Shown: one piece after another, positions 24,850-36,870 of the stretch
Position numbering within the stretch: position 1 is the first letter of the stretch
How the letters are laid out: the number at the start of each line of letters is the position of its first letter
Assembly: GCF_006345805.1 (NCBI RefSeq)
Contig: NC_042997.1
Coordinates: forward strand, 21,452,001 to 21,516,000
Length of the DNA: 64,000 nt
Direction of reading: 5' to 3'
Source of the DNA: Octopus sinensis
Taxonomy: Eukaryota
Notes under the pieces: generated by a model
What the model saw: only the letters and a program-made list of their open reading frames with translations
What the model was told of the DNA's origin: nothing
Database searches by the model: none
Made by a program: the position numbers and the translations under genes

Positions 24850-25435
24850 TCGCTTATTTTCTATGTTGTGAGCTAGGCCGAACTGACTACCAAGTCTAGC
24901 AGACAGGTTTCCAGTACTTACGAAGAAAAATACCCTGAAACCGGACTGGTATACTTGGTCTTGTTATCGCTAGATGATAGAGGTTCGCTCCCCTGCTTTC
25001 AGTATATCGGATACAGGTTGTGTCGTTAACCAGCTGGAGATGTCCCCCTTGGGTTAAAAAGTGGCTGTTACGTAGTGCCGTAGGGAACAGCCATGTTGCA
25101 GTGGAAACAAACATTACTTTTCTGTATTGTTACTACTTACATCTCATAGAGATTTAAGAACTAGCAGCATTGCTTATCGCCAAATCAGCGGCTGAATGCC
25201 GCTTGTCTTTTTCTATATTGCGAGCTAGGACGAACTAACTGCTATGTCTAACAGACAGGTGTTCAGTACAGGCAAAGGGACATACTTGTCACAGCTAGAT
25301 GGTGGTGGCTCACATCTCTGCTCGCAATATATCGGATACAGGTTGTATCGATAACCAGCTGGAGATGTCCTGAGGTTAAAAAATGGTAGTAACGTAGTTC
25401 TGTAGGGATCAGCCATGTTGCAGTAGCTACAAACC
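24850..25435. repeat. Diverged tandem duplication of a ~240-260-bp unit (24850-25112 and 25199-25435)
   Basis: Shared blocks GAGCTAGG.CGAACT.ACT, ATATCGGATACAGGTTGT.TCG.TAACCAGCTGGAGATGTCC, GTAGGGA.CAGCCATGTTGCAGT. Confidence 0.88.
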
Positions 25436-25493
25436 ATACGTATATATATATACATATGTGTGTGTGTGTGTGTGTGTATGTACGTATATATAT

Positions 25494-25542
<49 letters not shown>

Positions 25543-25567
25543 GATGGATAGATACATACATACACAC

Positions 25568-25670
<103 letters not shown>

Positions 25671-26168
25671 TATATATATATACAGTAACGTATATACATA
25701 TATATGTAACGTATATACATATATATGTATATACATGCATATATATATCACATTTTGTTTATTCTAACTAAATTATCCACTGTCCATTTATAAGGTGATT
25801 GTGTGTGATCTACAAAAGATTGGCCACTAGTCTTTGTCGGTCGTGCAACTATCTCGTATTCAATAATTGTTTCCTTTTTTTTTCTCAGGTGTTTTCTATA
25901 AAACAATATACTACGTATTGTAAATATTTACTTTTTATCTTTAATTTGGAAAGTTAATCTAAATTATTTATGTGGCTGTTTTTACTTAAAACTAAATATT
26001 GTTAATCATTTATTTAGATTGCGAGAACAAAAATAACTTTCTAATTAAGGTTAGTCTTCTAAGAATTATGGCTTCAATGATGTAGTATTTATTTCGTACT
26101 TTACAGTTCTCAGTTTAAATCTTCACCGAAAAGACTGTTTTTTGTTTTGTTTATACATACATATATAT

Positions 26169-26300
26169 AAAGTAAAGACCCCCTTCGGTCATGAATGACT
26201 ATGGGATTGCACCTAGAAAGTTACCCTCCCAGGCACAAGTCTGGGCAAGGTAGTTTATAGAAGACCAGCAGTCGCCCATGCATACCAGCCTCCCCTCTCC
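26169..26300 (-). mobile_element. Retroposon 3' end (RTE-like tail or SINE tail)
   Basis: GC-rich block ending in a GGTCA-TTCA-TGACC hairpin then GAAGGGGGTCTTTACTTTA; assignment from recall. Confidence 0.5.
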
Positions 26301-26877
26301 ACACCACTTATCCAAGGGAAAGAAAACACTTTGGAGGTTGTGATGTTCTCGACAAGACTAAAAGGTCTTCGCAAGTAACTTGAGCAAATTTACAATGCCA
26401 TCAATGCAAGTGGAGTTGTTTTGTATCCCGAGATATTGGAAAGTAGGTAACACTTAGGGTAATGAAACTATGAAACCGAACAGAAAAAAAAAACACTAAT
26501 TACAGATTAGTGCATGTATTAAATGTCAGAAGCAGTTAACTTGGATGTGAAGGTGGCAGAAGTGACAGAGTGATGGACAGTAACAGAGATAAACAACAGT
26601 GGGATTGAATGATATCGATACCAGAAAGACGAGAGAGGAGGAAGAAATAACAGAAGGGGGTAAATGTAAAGTGTAAGGGGTATAATCAGGTCTGATATGA
26701 TCTCATATAAGTATGTGTGCGTGTGTGTATGTGTATGTGTGTGTGTATGTGTGCCTCGAGGTGGGTGTGAGCACTAAGTTAATAAAGATAAGAGACAGAG
26801 GGTTGAGGTAGGGAGTTATGAGAGCGTGAGATATGTTCAGTGACGTCCTAAGTTACACTGGAATCATACTACAGTTA

Positions 26878-27955
26878 CGAGGGCCTGGTGAAAAGTTCAC
26901 AGGCTGGCTAAGATACTCTTATGGAATGTGACCAAATTAGGCTTATTTTTCAACATAGTCCCCCTTATGGTCCATACAATTATTCCATCTGTGCTGCAGT
27001 GCTCGGATCCCATTGGTGAACAAGCTTTTATCTTCTTGGTTAAAAAACCGTCAATAGCAGATATGACGTCATCATCACTGCCGTCCAGCCAAGTCATTTT
27101 CATGTTAAGAAACAGATGACAGTCAAATGGGGCACATCGGGAGAATAGGGAGGGGGATTATCCAGTTCAAAGCTTCAGCCACTTTCAAGCACAGCAGCCA
27201 TTGAAACCAAAGTCTTGTGTGCTAGAGCATTGTCCTGATGAAACAAGACCCCCTTTCGTCAGTTTCCCTAGGCTTTTGATCTTGATAGTCTTTTGTAACT
27301 GCCTCAGCATAGTACTCTCCATTGGTGACGTGGCCCTTTTAAAGATAGTCATTAAAACAACGCATTTTACATCCCCCAAAACTGAGACCATCATCTTCCC
27401 TGCAGATGAAACGAACTTGGCCTTCTTTGGAGCAAGTGAAGAGAGGTGTTCCCACTGCATGGATTGTCTCTTTATCTCTCGCTCAAAGTGATGAAGCCAA
27501 CACTCATCCTGGGTTAGGAAACGTTGAAGGGAATCTTTTGATCGGCTGTCAGAAGACGTGGCACCCACCTTCGTCATTCCAAGATTTTTGTGCAGAACAT
27601 TCTCGACTCTCTCACAGTTTATGCTAATAGCATTGGCTATTTGATTTATAGTCAATCGCTTGTCATCCATCGCCATGTGGGGCACTTTCATGAACGTCCA
27701 GCACTTGGGTTATCTTCAAGACTCTTCTTTCCTCTCCTAAATTCAGCTGCCCACTTTTGCATTTTTGATAGAGCTGGAGCGTCATCTGCTAATGTAGCAA
27801 CCATATCAGCCTGAATGCATTTGGGTGCTAAACGCTATATTTGCAGGAGCTTCATAACACTACGATGTTAAATCTTGTCCATTTTCAAGAGAAATAGCTG
27901 CTAGTTTTAAAGTCTTCGTTAAAAGTCTTACATTCAAAGACTTTTTTGAACAGTG
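26878..27955 (-). mobile_element. Mariner DNA transposon, degenerate transposase 26943-27882
   Basis: TA|CGAGGG..TGAAAAGTTC end; MDKI*HRSVMK...KWAAEFRRGKKSLEDNPSAGR, RFLTQDECWLHHF, HQDN, SDDDVISA...RWNNCVDHKGDYVEK*; right-hand end decayed and approximate. Confidence 0.88.
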
Positions 27956-28477
27956 AGATGTCAGTTTACCTGGAAAGAAACAATGTAGTTATTAATAAGT
28001 AATTCTGAAATGAATGCATGCAAGATTTCACAGCTCTAGCATCACTCTTTCATAGTCAACTTATAATATATGGTGGAAGAGAAAATAGAATGGCGAGCGA
28101 TATAGGCATAGATGATACATGTGTGTATGTGTGTGTGTTTGTATGTATGTGTGTTTAATTATACAGCCTGGATTTCAATATAGACATTTAAAAAACAATA
28201 AAACAAATTAAAAATCAAAAAATGACTGCGAACCTACTAGTTGTAATCCAACTATACATTTCTTTATTTTGTGGCAAAATAATTTTTTGTTCACTATTTA
28301 CTGATTACTAACTTTTGTTTTATTGTAATTTTGATTGAGTAGAAATGGCATTTGTCTTATTGCAGTTATGTTTGGTTTACTACTAAGCATTTTACCATGC
28401 ACTTAACTATATTTTCTTCTTACAAACACAAACGGTATCCTTCGGAAATTTTCCAGAGACATTATTTTAAGTTGCTA

Positions 28478-28685
28478 AAGGCGGCGAGCAGACAAAATCG
28501 TTAGCGCATCGGAAAAATGCTTAGTGGCATTTCTTTCAGCTTTGTGTTCCGAGTTCAAATTCCAGAAGTTGACTTTATCTTACATCCTTCGAGGTTGATA
28601 GAATAAGTATCAAGTGAGTACTGGGGTCGATGTAATCGACCAGCCCCCTATCCCCTAAAATGTCAAACCTTTTGCCTATTGTAGA
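28478..28685 (+). mobile_element. SINE family A
   Basis: AAGGCGGCGAGC...GTTCAAATTCC...AATAAGTATCAAG...CTGGGGTCGATGTAATCGAC. Confidence 0.85.
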
Positions 28686-28709
28686 AAATATTTTTTATGT
28701 TACCCAAGG

Positions 28710-28890
28710 GCATCGAGCAGTCAGAACCGAAAACATTAGCAGTATTTCTTCCGGGTTTACGTTCTGAGTTCAAATTCCGCCTTGGTAGACATCCTTTTGG
28801 GAGTCAAAAAAATAAGTACCAGTTGAGCGCTAAGGTTGAGATAATAGGCTTATCTATTCTCCTCTGCTGACCTTGTGTCGAAACTGGAAT
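28710..28890 (+). mobile_element. Second, more diverged SINE family A copy in tandem
   Basis: TTACGTTCTGAGTTCAAATTCCGCC...AAATAAGTACCAGTTGAG. Confidence 0.7.
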
Positions 28891-28989
28891 TATATCTGGA
28901 AGCATGGGCATTTCGTTCATTATCTTTAAACAAATCTTATTTGGGGACCTTTTGAGGGAGATGGGCTACACGACCTGAAGAAAATTCTA

Positions 28990-29162
28990 ACCTGCAAAGC
29001 CATACGTTGGTTATCTTGATATGAGACCACCATGTCACACACGTATGGTCGTGATGCATGTTCCTGGTGTACCCTTATTAGACAGGTAGTCATGATGACT
29101 ATATTGGGCTTCGTATATTTGAACAATAGTGTCACTTTGATGTCATATGTTTTTCTCTCACT
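28990..29162 (+). mobile_element. Retroposon 3' tail ending in (AAT)n
   Basis: TATCTTGATATGAGACCACC...CCTGGTGTACCCTTA...GTGTCACTTTGATG...CTCTCACTT then (AAT)n; recalled as a cephalopod repeat tail. Confidence 0.45.
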
Positions 29163-29330
<168 letters not shown>

Positions 29331-30549
29331 TTTCTTTTTATGTGTATATATTATTGTATTATGTGTATATATGTATGTATATTCGGTTGGGAGCATATGG
29401 TTAATGTTAAGAATTTCGGATCTCGCAGGAATACCTTACGAAGTGATTTGTGTTTTATGCCCTGGTTCATCTAAGGTCAGCCCTGTTTGAGCTGACAAGG
29501 TGTGATCATTACCAGCTTAGCTTAAGTTACATCGAGGAATATTCTGAAGACAATAATTTAACTAGGTGCGTGATTTGAGGGAGTTTTGAATAAATCCAGT
29601 GATCAAATGTAGGTCACTTTTGCTGATGCGTGTGTGCGTGTTCATGTGCGAATGTGCATACGTATGGAGTATCATAAAATTTTGTTTTCTTTGTAATAGC
29701 TGAGACTGACTCATCTGCCCAATTGAGACGATTCACTTCTGTCAAATCCTGTCTGCAATTGACGTGTTGATATTCTGTAGATATACTGGCTATTCGATGC
29801 ATGTAGGCAGTTTCTTTTACGATAAAACTAAATCCACGCATCTGATATATATCTTAACCAAGCCGTTTTATTATACCTATTTGCAAATTACTAAGATAAC
29901 TAGAAATGATTATTTTTATTTGATATTTAATATTGCTAATGAACCACCATGTCGAGCACATGTTTGTTTCATCTTCCTCCATAATTACAATGAAGGTCAA
30001 TAATCTACAGTTTTATACATAAGCACTCATTAGAATATATGAAATAGAAATTAATGTGCTTACACAAATCACAAATATATATGACAGCAAGTATTTGATT
30101 AAAATTCTAGGATGTATCCCTTGAAATATATAGCGATACAGATGTAATATCCTGCCTGTATTGATCACGGTGCTTATTTATCTAACTTTAGTTTTATATT
30201 TACTCATTGAACTAAACTAAACTGATGTCGAGCTTTTGGAGATACTATATGTTCAGATATTAGAACTATAACATATAAATTTAATCTGGATATATTTTGT
30301 TTGATGAAATGTGTATACCATTCATTGGTATAGCATTATAACTACGCTTAACAGCATGTGTTACTACCTAGTCAACTTATTAATAAATCCACCCAGGCAT
30401 ATTCCATACAAGTAGATATTTTATTTGATAATCACAACGTATATTCTACAGCAGGTTCGGAAGTTATTAAAACTTCAAATTGAAAATACCTCTTTACTTC
30501 ATACTCTCTTTCATTCTCTTCTCTCCTTCCTCTCATACACACACACACA

Positions 30550-30611
<62 letters not shown>

Positions 30612-30618
30612 ACACACA

Positions 30619-30965
30619 GGGGTTAGGGCAGCGGACTCGTGGTCGAGGGATCGCGGTTTCGATTCCCAGGACGAGCGTTGTGAGTTTTTATTGAGTGAAA
30701 ACCCTAATGTTCCACGAGGCTCCGGAAGGGGGTAGGAGAACTCTGCTGTACTCTTTCTCTCGCCCTTTCTTCCTGTTTTTGTTGTACCTGTATTTCAAAA
30801 GGCCAGCCTTGTCACACTCTGTGTCACGCTGAATCTACTCGAGAAACGTTAAGGGTACTCATGTCTGTGGAGTTGCTCAGTCACTTGCACGTTAATTTCT
30901 CGAGCAGGTTGTTCCGTTGATCGGATCAATTGGAATCCTCGTCGTTGTAACCGACGGAGTGCCAC
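30619..30965 (+). mobile_element. tRNA-derived SINE of a third family, ~350 bp
   Basis: tRNA-like head with B box GGTTTCGATTCCC, GC-rich body, tail ...GTCGTTGTAACCGACGGAGTGCCAC. Confidence 0.7.
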
Positions 30966-31429
30966 GATTCATGAATTGTAAGTAAATGCAAGTGGTCGTA
31001 TTTTGAGGATTATACTTAATTATTGTTGCTAATATGTTCCACAGAAATTAGCCATTTCGTCGTATGCTACTATCTAACCAAATATATATATTGATAACGT
31101 ATATTAAAAAATAGTTACTGTAGATAAAATCTTACGAGAATTAACTAGAAAGAAGACTGTTTTTTTAATTTTTTTTTCTTTTACAAGACATGAATTGTTG
31201 ATGCAGCAAATATAATACTTCACTTAGAGTGTCGAGTTGGTTTTTTTCATTCTTTCTTTAATTACTCCATTTGAAAATTCCTGAATTATTAAAAAACTAT
31301 ATTCTTGTTATTTTATGCTCTTGAAAGTACGCTGAAAAATTACTCCTTCCGAAACACGGGCGTTGGCAAAAACACCTTGTGACTTATTAATAATCATTGA
31401 TTAGGAGAGAAGTGAAAAAATTTCTTCGG

Positions 31430-33267
31430 CGTAATATGAATGGTAGTTTGAATCTATTAGCTTTAAAGTAATTCAGAGAATAAGAGCTCACACGACTTTA
31501 TTTTTTCTTGTATTGATTTCAACACCAGAAAAATTTCACTAGCATTCTTGTTCCATTCTAAAATTCATATTTTGAAAGCATAATTTTTTTCAGCAGCACA
31601 ATAAAAGCAGAAATTTTGAACATTAGTGGTATGATAACTTTGAAAAACATTTCTGATTCACAAACTTTATCGAAAATATCAATCAATTGTCTCATTTGGA
31701 TTTGTTAATGTTAAACCCAAAGAGAGTTGTATTTGATGTTAACATTCATTTCCTGGATACATCCGTTATTTTCCATTCCGTTTGTGTCCCAAATGATGAG
31801 TTACAATGCCATATCATGAATTATTTATATAAATCATATTGTTAGCAAACAATTGTATGTGCTGCAGGTTTAAAAATTGTTTCTTGGATCTGGGATCCGT
31901 GCCTGTCATGCACCTAAACTTGGGCTGTCTATAGATCATGTATTGCATATATAGACAGCTTATTTTTGTTTTCTGACGTCTACTCAAAATGATTGGATAC
32001 TCCTATTCAAATCGACAGATAATTTTCTGGCATTCTGTCATAGCTACCCTAGATAAAAGGAAAAATCTACAACTCTGTTCTGTTAGGTTATTTATGAAAT
32101 TTCGCTTACGTTCAAAACTGAATATAAATAATGTTTGTGGCTATTGTAAAATTATACGAGCTGAGTTGAAGATCTTATAAAGATGAATATATGTTTTATT
32201 TAAAAAGGAACACTTGCTTTGATGAGGGATTTCTAACATTAATGTATATGTGTTATCCTTCTCCTTTACAGATAGCTAGTAACGGTATAATGAAACCCTA
32301 AAACTTATTGTAATATTATATTTCATTATACAATATGTCGCATACAGAAATTCAGGTAAGACGAGATTTTGAAAAACCATATGTTCTTGAGTAAATGTCT
32401 GTATATACACAAAGCAGCGTATATACAATAGCCTTTCAAACGCGCAAATTGAAAATTAGCTTGTTTAGCTGAGATAAATTGTTAAAGCTGTATAAAAGGC
32501 AATTCAATAGCAATGGAATTAGTTTTGAGAGCATTGCACCACCAAGTGATGCCTTGATTTTCCTCTTTGAATATGATTTTATTTTATTCGGGGATCAGTT
32601 TTTGATAAGGCTTTCCATATCAGTGTCGTTTCAATTATGTGCAAGATAGATTTCTATAAGAATGTATAACTTGTAAAATAATGTTAGTGGACATAATGAT
32701 CCAACAATACAAATATAATGAAGAAAAAGAGAACTTGACGCAATGTCTATTCATGTCCTATTTGCTACGAATAATGTAAATTATAGTTAATATTAATCAC
32801 ATTTACATGTTTATATATACCTTCTCAAATTTCGAGTAGATTTATGATTTTGATTTAGCCTTTTGGTTTTCCATGGTATCCACCAATTCTTCATGGATTA
32901 GAAGGATAATGCATAAGCTGGCTACAGCATACGTAATATTATATAAGGTTATAAATAATATCCGTACTTGCTTTATGAATTATTAATCTACAATGTACCA
33001 ATTTTCAACAGAAGATTAGATGAAATTAAAAGAAATAGTTGACATTTAACTGTCTTTTAACAACTGTATGTTGACAATTGAAAGCGAACATATACGTTGT
33101 CTGACATTAAATTTGATGGTATGTATGGACAAGGTAAAAGAAATCTCAGCGCATAATACATTTAAGCGGTTTTCTCTTAAATTCTTCAGATTCAGAGAAA
33201 ATATTTTAACAAAAGTAGTCTAAACACTTCTTAATTATAAGTACTTCCGTTCTATTCAGCACAGAAT
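31430..33267 (+). repeat. Old local duplication, copy 1 (paralog at 42440-43170 plus 45615-46650)
   Basis: Colinear shared blocks, e.g. AACTTTATCGAAAA, TTTCCTGGATACATC, CATGAATTATTTATATAAATCATATTGT, CATGCACCTAAACTTGGG, CCTTTCAAACGCGCA, CATGGATTAGAAG, CATTAAATTTGATGG. Confidence 0.85.
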
Positions 33268-33309
33268 ATATATATATATATGTATATGTATGTATCTATA
33301 TATGTGTGT

Positions 33310-33362
<53 letters not shown>

Positions 33363-33884
33363 GTGTGTGTGTGTGTGTGTGTGTGTATGTATATGTATAT
33401 ATATGTATATAGGGCCGTAATAAAATAAATTCGTCAGCAGAAGTTTAGGCCAGAAATAATGTTTCCCCGTTTCAGCTGTATCAGTGTTTAATCTCATTGA
33501 GACTTGTATGAAAAGATGATCAAAGAAACTGGGAGGAAATGAAAACTCCGATTTCTCGAGACTGTGTGTGGGGCTCTACATTGTTGCTATGCCTCATAGC
33601 AATAACAGCTAATTTACACTGGTATCACACTCTACAGCAGTAGTTCTCAACCTTTCAGGTTTAGCAATGCACCAGAGATTGAATAATTACTGGCACACTG
33701 CAGATTAGACTTTTAAAATCAACACTGGTTCTCTTCGCATTGGAAGTTAGACAAAACTATATTCTACATTAAAAGTTACTGAGATTACTTAGATTATTTA
33801 GGTAAGTTTCAACCGAAGTTGGCTTTGGACATGTCTAATTTAATAGCGGCGCCACCTGGAAGAGATACTCAGGCAGCTCTTGTA

Positions 33885-34430
33885 CTCCATAGCCCATTCG
33901 AGCAGAGTTATTGTTTTCAGAGACAAATCCGAGTGTGGGAGGTTTGTCTGGTATTATTGAAGGCAATCATCTAGGGACCGTTTGAATGCCGTGAAATCAC
34001 TCTCCTCCTTTATGCGGGCTGGCACGATTTTGAAGAGAGCAGGGCCAGTTGAGATGAAATAGTTCTGTCGTTGTGTTGAGATACAACACGAACAGGATTT
34101 CTGTAGAGGAAGGATGGCACGGGGACCAAGTCTCGGATGAATTTTAAAGATGATACCTATATCATTTGGACAATGTTGATAGAATATTTTCCATATCATA
34201 CAGATGATATAGCGCTCACGGCGGCGTTGGAGGGAGTAAAGCCTGAGATTTTTGAATCGTAGACAAGGCTTGAGATGTCATCTATTTTTTGTTTTTGTGT
34301 GTGTGATTGATCTTTGGGGAGCTTCAATTTTCATAATATTCTGTATCGTGGTGGGGGAGCACAGCGGACAACAGTATTCAAGGTGAGGGCGAGCAAGAAT
34401 AGAGAAAAATAGAATAATGGTAGGGGCGTC
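33885..34430 (-). mobile_element. CR1-clade LINE 3' fragment
   Basis: RPHLEYCCPL...KIEAPQR...LYSLQRRRERYIICMIWKI...GPALFKIVP...FKRSLDD...IPDKPP...NNSLLEW. Confidence 0.88.
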
Positions 34431-36609
34431 TCTAGACTGAAAGGTCCTGAGGATCCAGGAGCACTTCGAAAACTTTCAGAAAGCTACCGTTTACCTAGTT
34501 TTCATAAATCATATTTGTGTGTAGGAAAATTATGAATATCACATTTTAAAGAGTTTCAAGTATTTTTATAGCTCTGCTAATCCTTAAATTATATATTTTA
34601 CTAATCGATGATACATCATGCCGAGCACTGCTTGAGAACCACAGGCCCACTGGCTAAAAAGATCAAGAAGTATAAATCTGAGTACAGCATTTCATGACTG
34701 TTAGTCCGCTACACCATAGCTAATTTCGAATTAACTAGAGGCAAGATCCCTCACTTAAATAAAAGTGTTACCAACGGGTTGAACATATTACACCATGCAC
34801 ATTCATGAAATTCTCCCAGCATCAATATCTAATTCCGACAGAGTATGGCTGTCGGGCAAACTTTCCGACTGAAACTGCAGGCAAATGCTTTAAAGCTTAA
34901 CTAGTGATTTTCTAAACGCGAAGAACGTTAGGGAATAAATTTACATAGGCTATGCTTCTAGAGACCTGAAAATATGCCACATTTCATCTAATTACTATAA
35001 ATAATATTTAACGTAGTAAAACAAAAATATAAGTCTCTTATCAACGGACTATACACGGCTTGCACAGAATGACAACTCAATTCATATAATAGCGTTATCC
35101 GTATATGAAAAAAATCACGTTTTAGGGAATATATTAAATAAAAGAGAACAAAACAGAAACATTAAATCAGTCATTTATAACATTTTCTTTCAGTGCCAGT
35201 TTTTTCTTGGTGATTTGTTTCCTGTCACATTTTTTCTGGAATGGTAGCACTGGTTCATTATATTCACGTTTTTGCAGGTTGGTGCGTCTATTTGCAACTG
35301 ATGGTATAGAAAAGGTTCTATTAAGGCCTCGCATATAAACGTCAAAAACAATGTGTTAAAAAAAGGCAATATTTATTGGACATCGACCAGCACAAATTAC
35401 AGGCACTATGAGGTTTCTTCACTGTCAACAATTTATTATCCTTGTCATGCTATCCATGTCAGAACGGTTTTGGTGTTGATCGCAGGCCATTGTCTATCGA
35501 AAACAAAAAAGGATTTCTTAGAACCAAAATATCGCATACATCACATTAAGTGACTTTAACACTTATTGTATGTGTGTATGTGTGTGCATATACATAGACA
35601 CACACACACATATATATATATAAATGTATGTATGTATGTATATATAGGCAAACATGTTCATATATATATATATATAGGTATATATGTTCATACATAAAAC
35701 TACATACGCATGCATTTATATGTATATATATACATACACATATATATACATACATAGATGCATATGATTATGTACAAATATATACATACACATTTTACAC
35801 ACACATACGCACATACATATGCATACGCACGCACACGCATAGGCACATTACATATTCATACACCGGTACACACACATGCACATACACACACACACATTCA
35901 GTAGTTTTGCATATAGAGAACTTATTCCAGCATGATAATTTTATTTGCCCACAGTTTATTTTGAAAATGTTACAAATTCACTGTAACTTTTTATTGAATG
36001 ATTCGGCACGAATTTTTTCCATTAGTGATTTTAATGAGAGTCTGTGCTTTTATATAGAACAGATCAACCTCAAACCACAAAATCAAGATAGGAAAAGCAA
36101 AACCATGTACCTAAATAGTCACTGAGATAAATCACTCTTTTGTGTAAGCTTAGCTAAACGATTTGTGTTCTCGTCCAGAACGGGAATTCCGTATTGAAGC
36201 TTTTCAAAATGTTAATACCCAGAAAAAAAATGAACAAAAAAACAGAATGTCTGGAAATCTAATTTCAATGAAAGAAAGAAAAATAAATTAATATTTGTTA
36301 TCTGCATTCAACGACATTATTTCGATATGTCTAAAAGTATATGAAAATTTGTACCCAATGACAGGATATCAACAAATATATTTAATCGAATTTAAAAGTC
36401 GAAACCTGAATTTTGCTAATACGTTTTTGCTTGTTATTTCTTTATTTCATTTGACTAGAAAAAAAAAAGATTAATAAAATTGCTTATTTTCAGATTGATT
36501 TTATTTAAGTATTTCAGCACTACAATAAATTATTATAAATTCTGAGCGTCTAAATTTTTGACGAGACAGAATGCACTACTATGTCTCTTCTTGTACCGAG
36601 GCCTCCTCC

Positions 36610-36870
36610 GAATTCATCGGTGACTTCAACGCACAACTCTTCTTGGTTCTAATACTCATCACATACAAGAGCTGCTGATGCAGAAACTGAAGCTTCTGCC
36701 ATCAAAATATTATAAGCTCGTTAATTTCAACTACTACTAAAAACTGACTGATATATGGAAAGTCCAAATGTGCCTGGTCTTTTTCTCGCCTTCGCATCGA
36801 ACTTCTGTCAAGACATCTCTGTCTCGGCATTGAACTAAAAATTGTCCGATCACTTCCTTTCGCGACTACC
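36610..36870 (+). mobile_element. LINE APE endonuclease remnant
   Basis: FIGDFNA(H)NSSW motif and downstream LSDHF motif across frameshifts. Confidence 0.55.

Noticed and set aside
28926-29160. Minus-strand KPNIVIM..TCLI resembling an endonuclease PD motif
   Set aside because: Orientation is opposite to the (AAT)n tail and no other motif aligns
34447-34500. CTGAGGA...GAAA hammerhead-like spacing
   Set aside because: Helix I and helix II do not pair in register
33638-34644. hAT-like terminal pair CAGTAGTTCTCAACC / TTGAGAACCACAG around the CR1 fragment
   Set aside because: Imperfect ends and no matching 8-bp target duplication
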